From Takakia lepidozioides (lineage: Eukaryota; Plantae; Bryophyta), in the NCBI GenBank assembly GCA_030704615.1, contig CM060733.1, positions 17,050,001 to 17,114,000 of the forward strand: DNA of 64,000 nt. The letters are read 5' to 3'. The notes under the pieces are model-generated. The model saw only the letters and a program-made list of their open reading frames with translations. It searched no databases and had not been told where the DNA came from. Both the position numbers and the translations under genes were made by a program. The number at the start of each line of letters is the position of its first letter. Positions within the stretch are counted from its first letter, which is position 1. Of this stretch, positions 1 to 12,199 are shown one piece after another.

Positions 1-353
1 ACTTTCAGAGGCTGACGAGTTGGAGGTTCTTTTTGCCAATTTGTCTTTCTGAATTCTAAGGTAATCTGCATGTTGTTTGAGTTCTGTGCTCTATTTTGTG
101 CAAGTTCTTGTCTATCTGCATTTGTGTATCAAGAATTGTCTTGACTGTATCAGAAATCATACATTTGGATTATCTGTCTTTGAGACCCTTGACAGTGTCA
201 GAAATCATAGAAATCATAGACTCCCATTGTTGTAAGCTGATGTACAGTAAGATGATGTTTGTTTTGACATGATCTTGTGTTTTGACATCAGGTTGGCATG
301 GGAACAGCGGTGACACTAAGGAACCACACCTGCCAGTTGTACATTTTCACGGT

Positions 354-491
354 GGAGATATTTATCTGTGCAGATATGTCTGTACACGTTATTAAGTGTT
401 TGAATTAGTCTCACAAATACTCGGAGATATTTATCTGTGCAGATATGTCTGTAGACGTTATAAGTGTTTGAATTAGTCTCACAACTACTCG
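354..491. repeat. ~69-bp tandem duplication (2 copies)
   Basis: ggagatatttatctgtgcagatatgtctgta...gtgtttgaattagtctcacaa occurs twice back to back. Confidence 0.9.
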
Positions 492-1052
492 AACAGCCGT
501 AAAGTCAAGAGATGTAATAAGTATGGACTACTGTTTTGCAACCACTACAGTTGACTGTGCTGTCACAAGGACTCCTGGAAATTTCTCACCTTCTCTTTTC
601 TACTATAATCTGGTGCCATAGCAGTGCAATGTCTGACTTTAGGAAGGATTTTGGAGGCTTCCAGGAGGGTGGCAGTGTAGAGATAAGATGTTGGAGTGTT
701 GGTTTTGCTGGGTTGTCAATCCCTGTGTTTTCCTATAGATGTTGTCTTGCAGATATTGTCTTGCTCATGAGTGGTTCTCTATTTCACGGTAATGCCTTCA
801 ATGCCTTGCTGAAGTGTTCACAGAGCAGCCCACAAACAGCATGGCATTTTTTTATTTCCTTTCCCTAGGAAAGGTGAGGGAGACCCTGCGAATAAGGTGT
901 TATGGAAAACATATCCGCAATAGGAGACTGGGAGGAATGCTAGTATGTACCATAGAGACAGTAACACCCAGGAACCAACTTCCCTAAGTGCCAAGCTTTA
1001 CCAAACAAGTTTGGAGCATTGTGAATCGAAAAAATAACTAGGATTTAAAACC

Positions 1053-1335
1053 AGGCGACATGTCTCCAGTCTCCATCTTGAAAGCTGTGCACTTTCTTTT
1101 GGATGAAACTTTGGGCTACATATTTTAATCATTGAACATATCATATTTTAATCTGCGTGTCCTCGAAGGGAATACATACACGAATACAATGTTCCGCAAT
1201 GTCTCCAATGGAGTGATATCATCCGATGACCTTTTATGTCATCCATTCCTTTATTCATCCAGGGTATATAGGGCAGCCGCCTCTGTGCTTGCTTCTCTCT
1301 TTGTCGCTCGTTGCAGCCGTTCAGTTCGGTGGAGC
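1053..1335. repeat. Direct-repeat copy of 9389-9517 + 9952-10108
   Basis: Near-identical blocks (aggcgacatgtctc...cctcgaagggaataca and acacgaatacaatgttccgc...ttcagttcg.tggagc). The right copy is split by a ~430-bp insertion. 1958-2030 also matches 10109-10180. Confidence 0.85.
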
Positions 1336-1480
1336 AGGATCCCCTCCACCGAGTGAAGGTGGGTCTGTGACGTTAGGCCTGCTTTCAAAATGGCACCTGC
1401 ATCTCTGCCTTCAGTTTGTGGATTCAATGCCTGTAGGTCGCAGTAAGGTGGGGGTTAAGATGTGGGGATGGTATGGTGGA

Positions 1481-2227
1481 GCGTGGTGGGCAGGATGGCG
1501 GCTTCGGACCTGATCTGGTTGTTGGTAAAGAGAAACGGAAACGGCAATGCCTCTATGACAACTTGAACACGTTTAGATATGCAGGTACATTCCAAAGATG
1601 TTCGCTTACAAACTAGTGACATCTGGGTTTCCTGTTTTGCTGTTCTCCCTAGTATGGATCTGTATGGCAGGGACTTAGGGTGTCACACTGCTGTCTTTCA
1701 TGTCTGCAGTCAAATGGTTTGTACCTCTCTGTCTATCAGGATTGTGACTGGAAGTGCTTGTCTGTGGGAATCGTTCTTCTCAAGTCAAAGTGGGGTGGTT
1801 TACGTTGGCCTTCCATGGTCGGCGGGTTTCTCCTCTGCCTTTGAAAGACTCGACATGTAGTGTTCAGTAGGTTTGCAACCTGCAAACTGTGTCTCCCAAG
1901 TCGAAAGAGCTGGGCAATGCAAACCCTAAACGCGGGTTTGTAAGATGCTGAAGAGATCCGGAGCAACAAATGGTCTCTCAGAATCCTGAATGAGGCACCA
2001 AAAACAAAAACAAAAAAAAACAACCGCTTCCAGATAGAGCCCTCCTCCCAACCGTAGGAACACAGTTTTGGTGTGTTCCACCCCCGAGCTCATGCCGGGA
2101 TTGAACCCAGCGACTCCTCGTTGGGGCAGCAACACGCTGTCCAAGGAGCTACGTCCGTGAGAGCATTATAATAAGTATAACAATTTTATTTATACACATA
2201 AATTAAACAATTATCGATTGTTTGTGT
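1481..2227. repeat. Left arm of diverged ~750-bp inverted repeat (partner 3879-4622)
   Basis: gcgtggtgggcagga...cttcggacctgatctggttgttggtaaagagaaacggaaacggcaatgcc... is the reverse complement of 4622 leftwards. Homology continues, with indels, to the AT-rich end. Confidence 0.9.
2010..2157 (-). ncRNA. tRNA-derived SINE-like / degenerate Pol III unit
   Basis: Minus strand reads A-box-like TAGCTCCTTGG, a stem-loop containing GCC (gttg-ctgccc-caac), B-box-like GGGTTCAATCCC, hairpin ggaacac...gtgttcc, then an oligo-T run. TATAAATAAA lies ~35 bp upstream. There is no canonical acceptor stem. The copy at ~3960-4040 (+) has lost the B box. Confidence 0.55.
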
Positions 2228-2384
2228 TCATTAATTTATGGCAATCTTCTGAGTTTATTTTTCCTCACTAGCTCTGCTGGAACAGCTTGTCCACCTCTTT
2301 TTATAAAGTTCAAGGGTGTCCACTCCCATTTTCTTTTTCTTTTAACAACAAAATGGTATATATAAGTCGCCTCAGATTGAGCCA

Positions 2385-2720
2385 TATACTTGTGAGGCAG
2401 TGTATGGGGCAGCGGGTCCCGCAACAAAGCATGGCAACGACTGCCCGTAGCACCCTGCCGTTGGTGTATCTGTAGGTGCGTCATTGATGATTCAGCATCA
2501 AACATTCTTTTGCAACACGAGTGGGTAGGGGTGGTGTATACCTTCAGAAGAATAGTAAGCAGTTTCTCTTACAGAGTGTAAAGTGGGGTGCATATGGTTG
2601 GCAGATAAGGATGCATGGGAGCTACCAAGAAGTTTCTCAACAATTAGGCTGTGAGACAGTTTCCAGAAGATCTTTATCGAAGCTTGAGCTTGACATTATG
2701 TCCTTCATGCAGGAACATAC
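2385..2720. repeat. Copies of 22248-22291 and ~23060-23310 joined together
   Basis: atatacttgtgaggcagtgtatggggcagcgggtcccgc and gttggtgtatctgtaggtg...tccttcatgcaggaaca recur at 22.2 and 23.1 kb in the same orientation. Confidence 0.85.
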
Positions 2721-3429
2721 CTGCTTTAATCTATTTGTCAATTGAATCTGTAACATCAATAATTATCAGAAAATGTTGTGGAAAGACATGCATGCAAAGG
2801 ACAGTGAGAGATTGCCCGAGAGACTTTTAGAGCAAGAAAAGTATGCCTTGACATCAGATTGAAATAGAAACATGCTTAATTGAATGATACATATGTCTCC
2901 AAAATGTGACAAATCCTTGCAGGCCAGGCATATTGGCCCCCACGGCTTAAGAGGGGCTTCAATCCACGAACTATGGAGAAACTGATAGTCACTGACATGA
3001 CATCTACAGCACGCCATAAGCCAATACTTTTCTGAAAAGGTCTGGAGCAGGATGAAGTTAATCATGTCCAACAAATGACGAAGGTTGTGTGCTTATGAAA
3101 CTCCACCTGTCATGCCATAGCTGCACTTTTGCAATTACCTTTGAACATTTCCTTGGTCGATATCTTCAGTTCCAAGATGCACACGACCTTTATCCCATGT
3201 TGCAACACACGCTTGTCTTATCGTGGGTGTTTCTGTGCTGGGGTGTTTTTTCGCAGCCCTCACAGGTCCTTCACTCTTTATGCACATCATCAATCCAAGG
3301 GATCTGGAGTCTGAAGTCGGAACTGCTCCTACTACAAGCGTGAAATTTGCCCTCACCCTCGCCTCCTATAAAATCTTTTGAAATACAGACCATTTGGCGC
3401 CTGATCTGTAGTGACTTCCAGCACTTGAC

Positions 3430-3700
3430 TTTTAGAATCGGACCCCAGGTGCATCTTCTCGACGTCGGAACATAGTTCCAATGAAAATTGTGGATTATGA
3501 ACTGTAGTTTATCGAATGAAAGATAGGTGCAAGCATCCAAAACATGTGGAGGTTTTGTAATGCAGATTATAACAGTAGGTCCAACATTGAGGTGTGAGAT
3601 CTGTATCCCCATGTGGCTGTAGAGATAGAAGTCGAACTGTGTTGGGTGGCAATGACCGAGTCCACCAGTGAGTGTTCGCACAATGTTATCAGTATGACCT
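3430..3700 (-). pseudogene. AGO: Argonaute PIWI-domain fragment (degenerate), copy 1
   Basis: CHPTQFDFYLYSHMGIQ...KPPHVLD...LQFIIHNFHWNY...RRCT resembles plant AGO [28 protein letters not shown]...LQSLTNNLCYTYARCT. No other AGO exons were seen. Confidence 0.75.
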
Positions 3701-3878
3701 GACTGAAGAAGGGAAGAGAGTGGAAGAGGCCAAGTGGTCCATAGCAAGACCAAGCATGTGCGTTCTGTGGGCTTATAACCTCAACCCAAAGACTCACAAG
3801 CGGTTAGAGCGTTTCGTCTGTGTCATCTGTCTTGATGCCGTTAGCCTATTCGTGTGATTTAAAAGGCCGCATCACCAA

Positions 3879-4622
3879 AATTAAGGAACACAAAACATCA
3901 ATAATTGCTTATTTTATGTGTATAAATAAAATGATTGCACTAAGTATACTGTTCGTTCAGGACGTAGCTCCTTGGACAGCGTGCTGCTGCCCCAACAAGG
4001 AGGAGGGCAGGTGGAGGGAGGAGGGCTCTATCTGGAAGCGATCTTTTTTTTTTCGCACTCGCTCAGGATACTGGGAGACCTTTTTGCGTTTAGGGTTTGC
4101 ATTGCCCCAGCTCTTTCGACTTGGGAGACATAGTATGCAGGTAAGAGACCTATTGAACCCTAAATGACGAGTCTTCCAGAGGCAGAGGAGAAAACCTTCG
4201 ACAATGGAAGGCCAACGTACAACTCCCACTTTGACTTGAGAAGAATGATTCCCACAGACAAGCACTTCCAGTCACAACCCTGATAGACAGAGAGGTACAA
4301 ACCATTTGAATGCAGGCATGAAAGACAGCAGTGTGACACCCTAAGTCCTTGCCATACAACCAGATCCCCCCGTCTTCATCACTGCATGGGCCCGCATCCC
4401 TCGTCCAGCACACTTAAGTGGACTATGGAACCCAACAAGGCGATCCATACTAGGGAGAACAACAAAACAGGAAAATCCAGATGTCACTAGTTTCTAAGCG
4501 AACATCTTTGGCATGTACCTGCATATCTAAACGTGTTCAAGTTGTCATAGAGGCATTGCCGTTTCCGTTTCTCTTTACCAACAACCAGATCAGGTCCGAA
4601 GACGCCTTCCTGCCCACCACGC
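3879..4622. repeat. Right arm of inverted repeat (partner 1481-2227)
   Basis: Reverse-complement match to the left arm. It abuts the truncated retroelement integrase at ~4630. Confidence 0.9.
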
Positions 4623-4629
4623 CCACAGA

Positions 4630-7600
4630 GAGAACCCACTTCATAGTATAATCAGTGGTTGTAATTATGTACCTGTTCTGTGTATTCTTGGCTGGTGGGT
4701 TAATTGGTCCAACAAAGTCTAGTCCCCATTTCTGAAATGGTTCAGTATGCATTGTAGGATGCAAAGCCATCTTCCCAGATCTCTGCAAAGGTCCTAGCCT
4801 CTGACATTCATCACAACTCTGACAATACTTGTGTACATCTTTGAACAAAGTAGGCCATCAGTAACCTGCAAGTAGTATCTTCATACTGGTAGTCTCTTTT
4901 CCAAAATGACCTCCAGCCACTCCTTTATGAACTTCTTCCAAAACTTTATTTACTTCATGGTGGTACAAGCATCGTTTAAGTACTCCATCAGGTCCTAGCT
5001 TATACATTCTACCTCCTACCATAGTATAAGGTAAAGCCTTGATATCGATTCTCTTCCTCTGCTCCTTACCATAACTAGGTGGGCACTGACCATGAGTAAG
5101 GTAGTATCTGATTGGCCACTGCCAATCTAACTGCACTTCCTTGCACCTCCATTGCAAATAAACTCGCATCAGGTAATTGGTCGTCTACTCCTGTGGCGGC
5201 CTCTCCTGTTGTTAGGCGTGACAAATGATCTGCCACAAGATGCAAACGGCCAGGCTTGTAAACAACTTCGAACTCAAACTCGTGCAAGATTATTAACCAC
5301 CTCGCTATCCTTCCACTTATCAAAGGTTTGTTCACCAGATATATCAGAGCCTGGTGATCCACATAAAACATAAACTTTCTTTCCAATAGGTAATGCCTGA
5401 ATTTCTTGACTGCATAAATCATTGCCAGTGCTTCTCTTTCAGTTGTGTTATAGTTCCTTTCAGCACTGTTCATCAACCTGCTAGCATAGTACACAGATGA
5501 ATCTATATTTCCTGTAACATTCTGGGCTAACACTGCTCCCAATGCTTCTTCTGAGGCATCACAGTGAACATGAAATACTACATGCCAGTGAGGGTTAATC
5601 AGCACAGGTGTAGTTGTTACTGACAATGTAAGTTCCTCAAAAGCCTGTTGACATTCAGCTGTCCATGCAAACACTGCATCTTTCTTCAAAAGCTTGCTCA
5701 ATGGTGCTGCTATCTGTGCATACCTTTTGACAAATCTTCTGTAATAACTGGTTTGCCCAAGGAATCTCCTTAGACTCTTAACATTTACTGGTGGTGGAGA
5801 GGCTTTAATGGCCTCTGTTTTCCTGGGATCCACAAGAAGTCCCCTCTTACACACAATGTGTCCTAGAAGCACCCCTGAGTTCACACAGAAAGTACACTTC
5901 TCTGGATTCAGGCCCAGACCTCGCATCCTGCATCTGGCCAGACATAACTCTAATTTATGCAAGTGCTCATTCTTAGAGCTGTACACACTGAAATCATCCA
6001 AGAACACCTGCATGAAATCATCCAGATACTCATGAAAAGATTCACTTATCACCTCTGAAAGGTTGTTGGTGCATTACAAAGTCCAAAGGGCATGATTTTG
6101 TATGCATAAGCACCCCAGTCTGTGATGAAAGCTGTCTTTCCCTGGTCTTCTTCTGCCACTTGCACTTGATTATAACCACTGAAGCCATCCATGAATGAGT
6201 ACATCTCATGGCGTGCCACAGTGTCCAATACTGCTTCTGTGAATGGTAAAGAGAAATGATCTTTCTTCGTACAAGCATTCAGCTTCTTGTAGTTCACACA
6301 AACTCTTAATTTCCCATTCTTTTTAGGAACTATCACAATGGGTGACAACCAAGTCGTATATTCTATCGGGTATCACTATTTCTTCTTGGCTGGGGCTGCA
6401 CTTGATGCACCCTTACTTGCCTAGGTTCTCTAGCTGCTGTCCTTCTGTTGTAGTAACAATTCTCAGTAGAATGGTTATCCATTTTACAGATAGTACAGTG
6501 TTTCTCCTTCATGTGGCATTCAGTGGTGGTATGGCCTTCATTCTGACACTTTGCACTCCAAACACCCTTCCTCCAATATGTTGCAGCCTCTGTGGCATAC
6601 TTCTTCAAGATTTCTTCTAATCTTTTCTCATAGTTATCCCTCTTCAACTTCTCATTTCTCTTACTTTTCCTTTTCAGTTCTTGCTCTTCTTCTTCATCTG
6701 ACTCTTCCTCAGAGTCCTCATCATCCCTTTTCTCTCTCATGAGCATTCCCAATTGCTCAATTCTGTTTGCTGTTTCAAATGCCTCATCCACCGTATTATG
6801 GGGTAACATATCCACTTTCTTTTGCAACTCTGGTCTTAGTCCATTCACAAACCACGTCTTCTGTAAACCTGGTGCTGGTACAGCAGCCAGCTTTTTCATC
6901 ATCAATTCCATCTTTTCCATATACTCCTCAACAGTTTCATGCTTCTTTTGCTTTAACTGCTATAAACTTCCATATACTTCATCCTCAGTTTTACTTGTCC
7001 TGAACCTATTTCGGAATGTTGTATTTAAGCCATTCCAGGTTAGGAAATGATTATCAGGGAATCTTGCATACCATTCACTTGTCTTCTTGATAAGGGAACA
7101 AGGAAACAGTCTCATCTTGGCATCATCGCCATTCTCATTGTTCACTATACACATGTGCTCAAATTGGCTAATGTGTAATTCGGGATCCTTTTTTCCTGAA
7201 TATATTGGAAAATGTGGTTTTGCCCGTGTTGGTTGTAACGTCATCTGTGGCCCTACCTTCTGCCCACTGACAGGTGCCGGCACCCTTGCTGGTGCTGATT
7301 CTTGAGGACCTGTTGTAGTTGTGGTGGATCTTCCACCAAGTGGTGGCCCTTGAGCACTCCCTGCTACTGGCCCCACGATATTCACAGTATTCCCAACTCC
7401 AGTTGCACTATTTCTCACATTCCCTGTCCCTCCAGAGCCAGATCCAGGCAGCCCGCCTGATCCCCCTGAGCCGACACCTTCGTTGGCCTGTGATCCAAGT
7501 GCTCCACTTGATCCAGGTCCAACGGGTTGGGATGTCCTGGTTGTAGTCTCAACCTCAGTTGTTGGGTCTACTTCTTCATACTCTTCCTCTTCCAATTTCT

Positions 7601-9365
7601 TCTCTCTGTTTTCATCCTCCAAGTTCTGCCCTTGGTTTCTTCTTCACTCATGTAACTCAACTGCAATGGTGTTGGAGAGTCTGAACTCTCCGTTGGCTCG
7701 GCCACATCCTCTCCTCCTTCTTCACCTTCCACTTCAACTGGAGTTCCTGCTTTTGGTGTTCCATGCCAACTCTTATCAAAGATTTCTGTCAAATCTTTTA
7801 TTCAGGGATGTACCTCAGATCTTTCACCTCGTGATTGATCTTCTTCCCGTACCAATTCCCTTAATCTTTCTTGCAAAGAAAAAGAAGGAGTGGCATCCAA
7901 CTCTAGTTCTTCCGGTATGGGTGATGTACTCTCTGATCTTAATGGTGTGAGAGGTCCAGATGATTCCCCTATGTCTATTCCTCTCTCCCAAAGATATGGA
8001 TAATTAGTTTTCAGATAGTTTTCTCTTTTTGCTGAATATCTCTGGAGTCTAGCTTCTCTTTCATCACTCATGTCCCATGTCTTTCATTTCTTTTAATGTG
8101 GCAATAACCAAAACTCTATTCTGTAATATCTCTCGTATATGCCTGGGTTTCTCTCAAGCTTCAATGTTCCTCTGGATATACTAGAAGTCTCCGTTACCAT
8201 ATACCCATATGGTAAACAAGTCTGAAAAGCTGTTCTTGGTGTGAGTTTGATCCACAAGATATCCTTTGGAATCCAGTTATTTACCAGTACAAGTTCCTCG
8301 TGCATATGAGTATAAACATTCACCTTTCTTTCCTCCCAGCCTTCAAACTCTACTCGTTTAATGGATAGCAATGCTATCACATAAACCAGTGTTGGTAACC
8401 AACGTGCTCTTCATCTACAGGCCACCTGATAAATCTTTATCACTCCTTTCTCCAGACCCCATTCAGGGTCAGCATCATGCACTCTTTTAAGAATGTTTTC
8501 TTTACAACCATCTGGCAATTCCAAGAACCTCTGAAAGAATCGTTTGGACAATCTTTCCTTCTCAGTTTCACAGGGAATTTGATTCACATCAAATTCTTTA
8601 ATTCTCCATCCACCATGATCCCACCAGATGCCTGTCACATCTGGTTGTTCATGACCCAGTTCCCCAGTATGGTCGCCAAATGTCGAGCGGCTTTTACTCA
8701 CCCATCCCTTCGCTATCCGAGGTGGGAACTCCAAGATAGAAGAGTTGGAAATCTCTAAGCACTCAGCCCGCTCAAAACAATCAGTCATGACCTACAGCTA
8801 GTGTATCATGGGGGTGTTTCCTATTTGTACTCCTTCCCACATTCATGTTAGCGAGTTACCTTACTGTCTGCAATTAAGTATCAGATTGCTTCAGAAATCT
8901 ATCAGGTTCCATCCATTCATTCCACAGCTTCACTCAGGTCTCTTCGATTCTTGATGGGAGGCGCTTGTGTGTAACGGTGGTCGGTGTAACCTTGGTAGTG
9001 TAACCCTCCAATCGGTGTAACCCTCTGTACTCCTGGAGGCGCTTGTGTGTAACGCTGGTCGGTGCAACCCTGGTAGTGTAACCCTCCAATCGGTGTAACC
9101 CTCTGTACTCCTGGTTTTTCATGTAACTCTCGTTAGTCCATTTTATACTTAACCAAATTTGGACCTAGTCAAATTTCGAGACCAAGTGTGAGTTACATCA
9201 AGAGGAGTTACACTCCATTCTGTGTAACCCCGAGTGGAATTACACACCTCGTCATGTAACCCAGTGTAATCCCAACTTGAGTTTACACTCCTTCAGTTCC
9301 ATGTCACTCTCAAGAGAGGGTGGGGAAGATTTGACATGCCGGAAACCGGCCTACCATCGTGTCAG
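4630..9365 (-). mobile_element. Degenerate Ty3/gypsy LTR retrotransposon internal region (non-chromovirus, Athila/Tat-like)
   Basis: Gag (DPELHISQF...LFPCSL...EWY; FVNGL) with two zinc knuckles, one degenerate. RT (SPIVIVPKKNGKLRVCVNY; DGFSGYNQ; MPFGLCNAP; FLDD), RNase H (HCDAS; ERNY.TTERE; DHQAL; ADHLSRL) and integrase (H..GGHF; C..CQR; WGLDFVGP; truncated at KWV) are in gypsy order. In-frame stops at 6960, 6049 and 4858, frameshifts, and a deletion at ~6375 removing protease and the RT N-terminus. PBS-like TGGTAGGCCGG follows ...TGACA at ~9346-9364. Confidence 0.93.
8957..9114. repeat. 78-bp tandem repeat (2 copies) in retroelement leader
   Basis: ggaggcgcttgtgtgtaacg...ggtgtaaccctctgtactcct twice, embedded in a TGTAAC/GTTACA-rich tract extending to ~9290. 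Confidence 0.85.
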
Positions 9366-10639
9366 AGGTTGCACATGTGCATTAAGTTAGGCGACATGTC
9401 TCTAGTCTCCATCTTCCCCACCGGGTGCACTTTCTTTTGGATGAAACTTTGGGCTACATATTTTAATCATTGAACATATCATATTTTAATCTGCGTGTCC
9501 TCGAAGGGAATACACATCTGAAACCGGGTCAACCCTGTTAACCCCCAAGAAAAAATAAAAAAAATAAAAAAATAATGGGGTTAATTTTTCCCCCTCTCCT
9601 CAAGGGCCTGATTTGTAAGAAAATAAATGCATGGAATTCATGCAAGCCCTGCCGTATAGTAATTATGAATAGGTAGTAAAAATCCATAATTAGTCTAAAT
9701 ATCAAGGTAACAGGATTTGAGCCCTGAATCACCCAGGTGGCACGCACGGTAATATCCAATGGACTTTCATTTATGGCATGCACAAGAAGTTGAACGGATG
9801 TCATTCATTAAAAGACAAAATATTCTCTTGACAACTATCTCGATCGAATTGGAAGTCTAATCGAAGTATCGGTGCTAAAGCAGCTGAAACCCATTGCGTA
9901 GTTCTGCCTTAGGAAGGCAGGGCCAACAAAAAAAAAAAAACAAAAAAACAAACACGAATACAATGTTCCGCAATGTCTCCAATGGAGTGATATCATCCGA
10001 TGACCTTTTATGTCATCCATTCCTTTATTCATCCAGTGTATATAGGGCAGCCGCCTCTGTGCTTGCTTCTCTCTTTGTCGCTCGTTGCAGCCGTTCAGTT
10101 CGATGGAGCGGAGCAACAAATGGTCTCTCAGAATCCTGAATGAGGCACCAAAAACAAAAACAAAAAAAAACAACCGCTTCTGTTGGTCTGAGTTTTTGGG
10201 GGAGATGGTGCTCCAAATTGATGCTAGAGGTGTCCTCTTTCTACCCTTGGGCGATCATGCCCTAAGTGGTATCTCAAAGCCAAGGTTTTGAGGATAGCTG
10301 CAAATGATTACATTCTCTCTTTGGCCACAAACCTAGAGCCTGTAAACCCTTTCTCTGCCTGTCTCTGCTTCTCCAAGACCAACTTCTCAGGTGCTTGGAT
10401 GATGGATGAAGGAGATGGCTTGTAATTTTTCTGGTTCCATAACGAATCACTACAACTCATTAGGCTTTTGCAGGACCAAATTGTGGCTCCATGTGAAGAG
10501 CATCCATTAGGTAAGGCAGCTTCACCTTTCAGCTATGGCGTGTTCTCAGCTCTGGTGGGTTTCCTCTAGGGTTAGCACATTTCTGTCGGACACATTCTAT
10601 TCATTTTGATAGCACCCATCTTTCTCTCTTACAATTTTC

Positions 10640-10944
10640 CTGCATAGGTTACAAGCCCTTCCTCCCAAGGGGCTTGTGGCCAGGTCCCTTGCAACATCTA
10701 TTAGACTCAAAAATGCAGGTTTTTTGAACGCCATGGACTCTCTATTGCTTCACTATTGCCAGTGAACCCAGAAGAGGTGGACATCACATCCAAGCATGAC
10801 CGCAACCAACTCATTAGAAAGGAGCTCATGGAGCTACATGTCAGGAGAACTTGGAAGTTACCCAACCTCACGACAAAGCTCCATTTCTATCGAGAAACAT
10901 TCTTGGTTCTCCGAGATGATAGAATCTTGCGGCCCAATTACCTT
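10640..10944 (+). mobile_element. Probable LINE ORF2 C-terminal fragment replacing COX16 exon 1 in the duplicate
   Basis: Absent from the donor segment. Translates FERHGLSIASLLP...LIRKELMELHVRRTW...KLHFYRETFL...ILRPNY, reminiscent of the post-RT region of non-LTR elements. Confidence 0.45.
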
Positions 10945-11192
10945 TTCTGGTGGCTGATGCTCATATTCAGTACTATAACCTCACAGAAGGTCAAGTACTG
11001 ATATAATGACATGAATTATCTGGAAGCTCAGGGGGCAGGCACATGAATGGGTAAATCTTCACAAAGGGGAATTTGGTTTCGCCAAAGCATTCTAGCACAT
11101 TCAATTGTTTGCAGCAATCATGAGTTATTTGTGTATTTTAGTTAGGAATCGAGAGAGGCATAACGAATGAGATGATTGTTGATGAGGTGCAG

Positions 11193-11640
11193 GAAGGATG
11201 TACTGTTGGCCCGGGACGAGCGGGAGTGGGGGAGTGGGCCAGCATCGTTGCAAAGCAGGCACTTGAACGCAAGGGGCCCATTTCGGGTGTGATGACAAAG
11301 AAAAGAAAACCTCTTGACTTGGAGGAGTTGAAGGTGAGTCCGTGTCTGTCTTGTATGCAACGGCTGTATGTCATGTTACTTGGAAACTCAGCAATGAGGT
11401 TCTTTTTTCATAGTGTGCCCAGTTTGAGAAATTTTCACAACTCCCACTGTCAGGAGCTCATGGTAATTTGCATGGGGGTGCCAGTAGCGTATCCCTTTTA
11501 TGCACATTAAGCAGTACAGTTCAATGGTCTGTCAGTTTCCAACAGTTATGACTCAATTTGAAATGCTCCTCACAGAAGGTGCAGATTGACGACTTTGAGT
11601 ACAAGTCTATCCCCAAGCCTAAGGAACTGGAGGAATGGTT
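11193..11640 (+). pseudogene. COX16: COX16 pseudogene (exons 2-3 only)
   Basis: Matches exons 2 and 3 of the gene at 24345. Exon 1 is missing, a 7-bp duplication (ggagtgg) frameshifts exon 2, and the stop TGA has become TGG. Confidence 0.85.
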
Positions 11641-12199
11641 GTGGGCCCTTGAGATACAACGGAAGCACAGGATTTTCAGAAATGTCGGGAGGTAAACGTT
11701 TTTGAGGCTGCAAGTTTAATATATTTTGATACTTTCCCTAGATGGTTCGAGTACATCATAATGTTGCAGTGGGGGGCTACAGTCCTGCTCTTGCATCTTC
11801 TCCCTGCCCAACATGTGAAGCAGTTGGTGGTCTTTGGATACAAGGTCAAGCAGCTGGCCAGGGAGAAGGCGATTGAATAGAAGAAGTGGCCCCCGGTTTC
11901 GACTTCAGCTTTTCGTACGCACCATAAACTCCACTCTAGGAGACTTTCAAATCCACAACAGCAAACTTGGGTGTTAGGGTTTTACCAGTAGAGAAAAAGA
12001 TGAAGGGCAGCTAAACAGAAGGTAGCAATAGCAACATCAGGAGCATGCTTTTGTCGGATCTACATCCACAATGTAGTGATTTATTTTCTTGTAGTGTACA
12101 TTTTTTTAGTGTCACCCACCCATTCAAACCTGGGCATAGAAAAGAGAACACTAAAATGTTGTGCTAGCATTTGCTGCTTCACTATTGCAATGTATCTCA

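Noticed and set aside
11-60. Hammerhead ribozyme core CTGACGA (also at ~14950)
   Set aside because: No correctly placed GAAA or closing stems.
2085-2157. Functional tRNA-Gly(GCC) gene
   Set aside because: Anticodon and T loops are 6 nt and there is no 7-bp acceptor stem. Kept only as tRNA-derived.
1053-10180. Direct repeats at 1053-1335 and 9389-10108 as the LTR pair of the gypsy element, or as DIRS split repeats
   Set aside because: No TG...CA termini, PPT or TSD, the left copy lacks the bases next to the PBS, and no tyrosine recombinase was seen. Better explained as local duplication.
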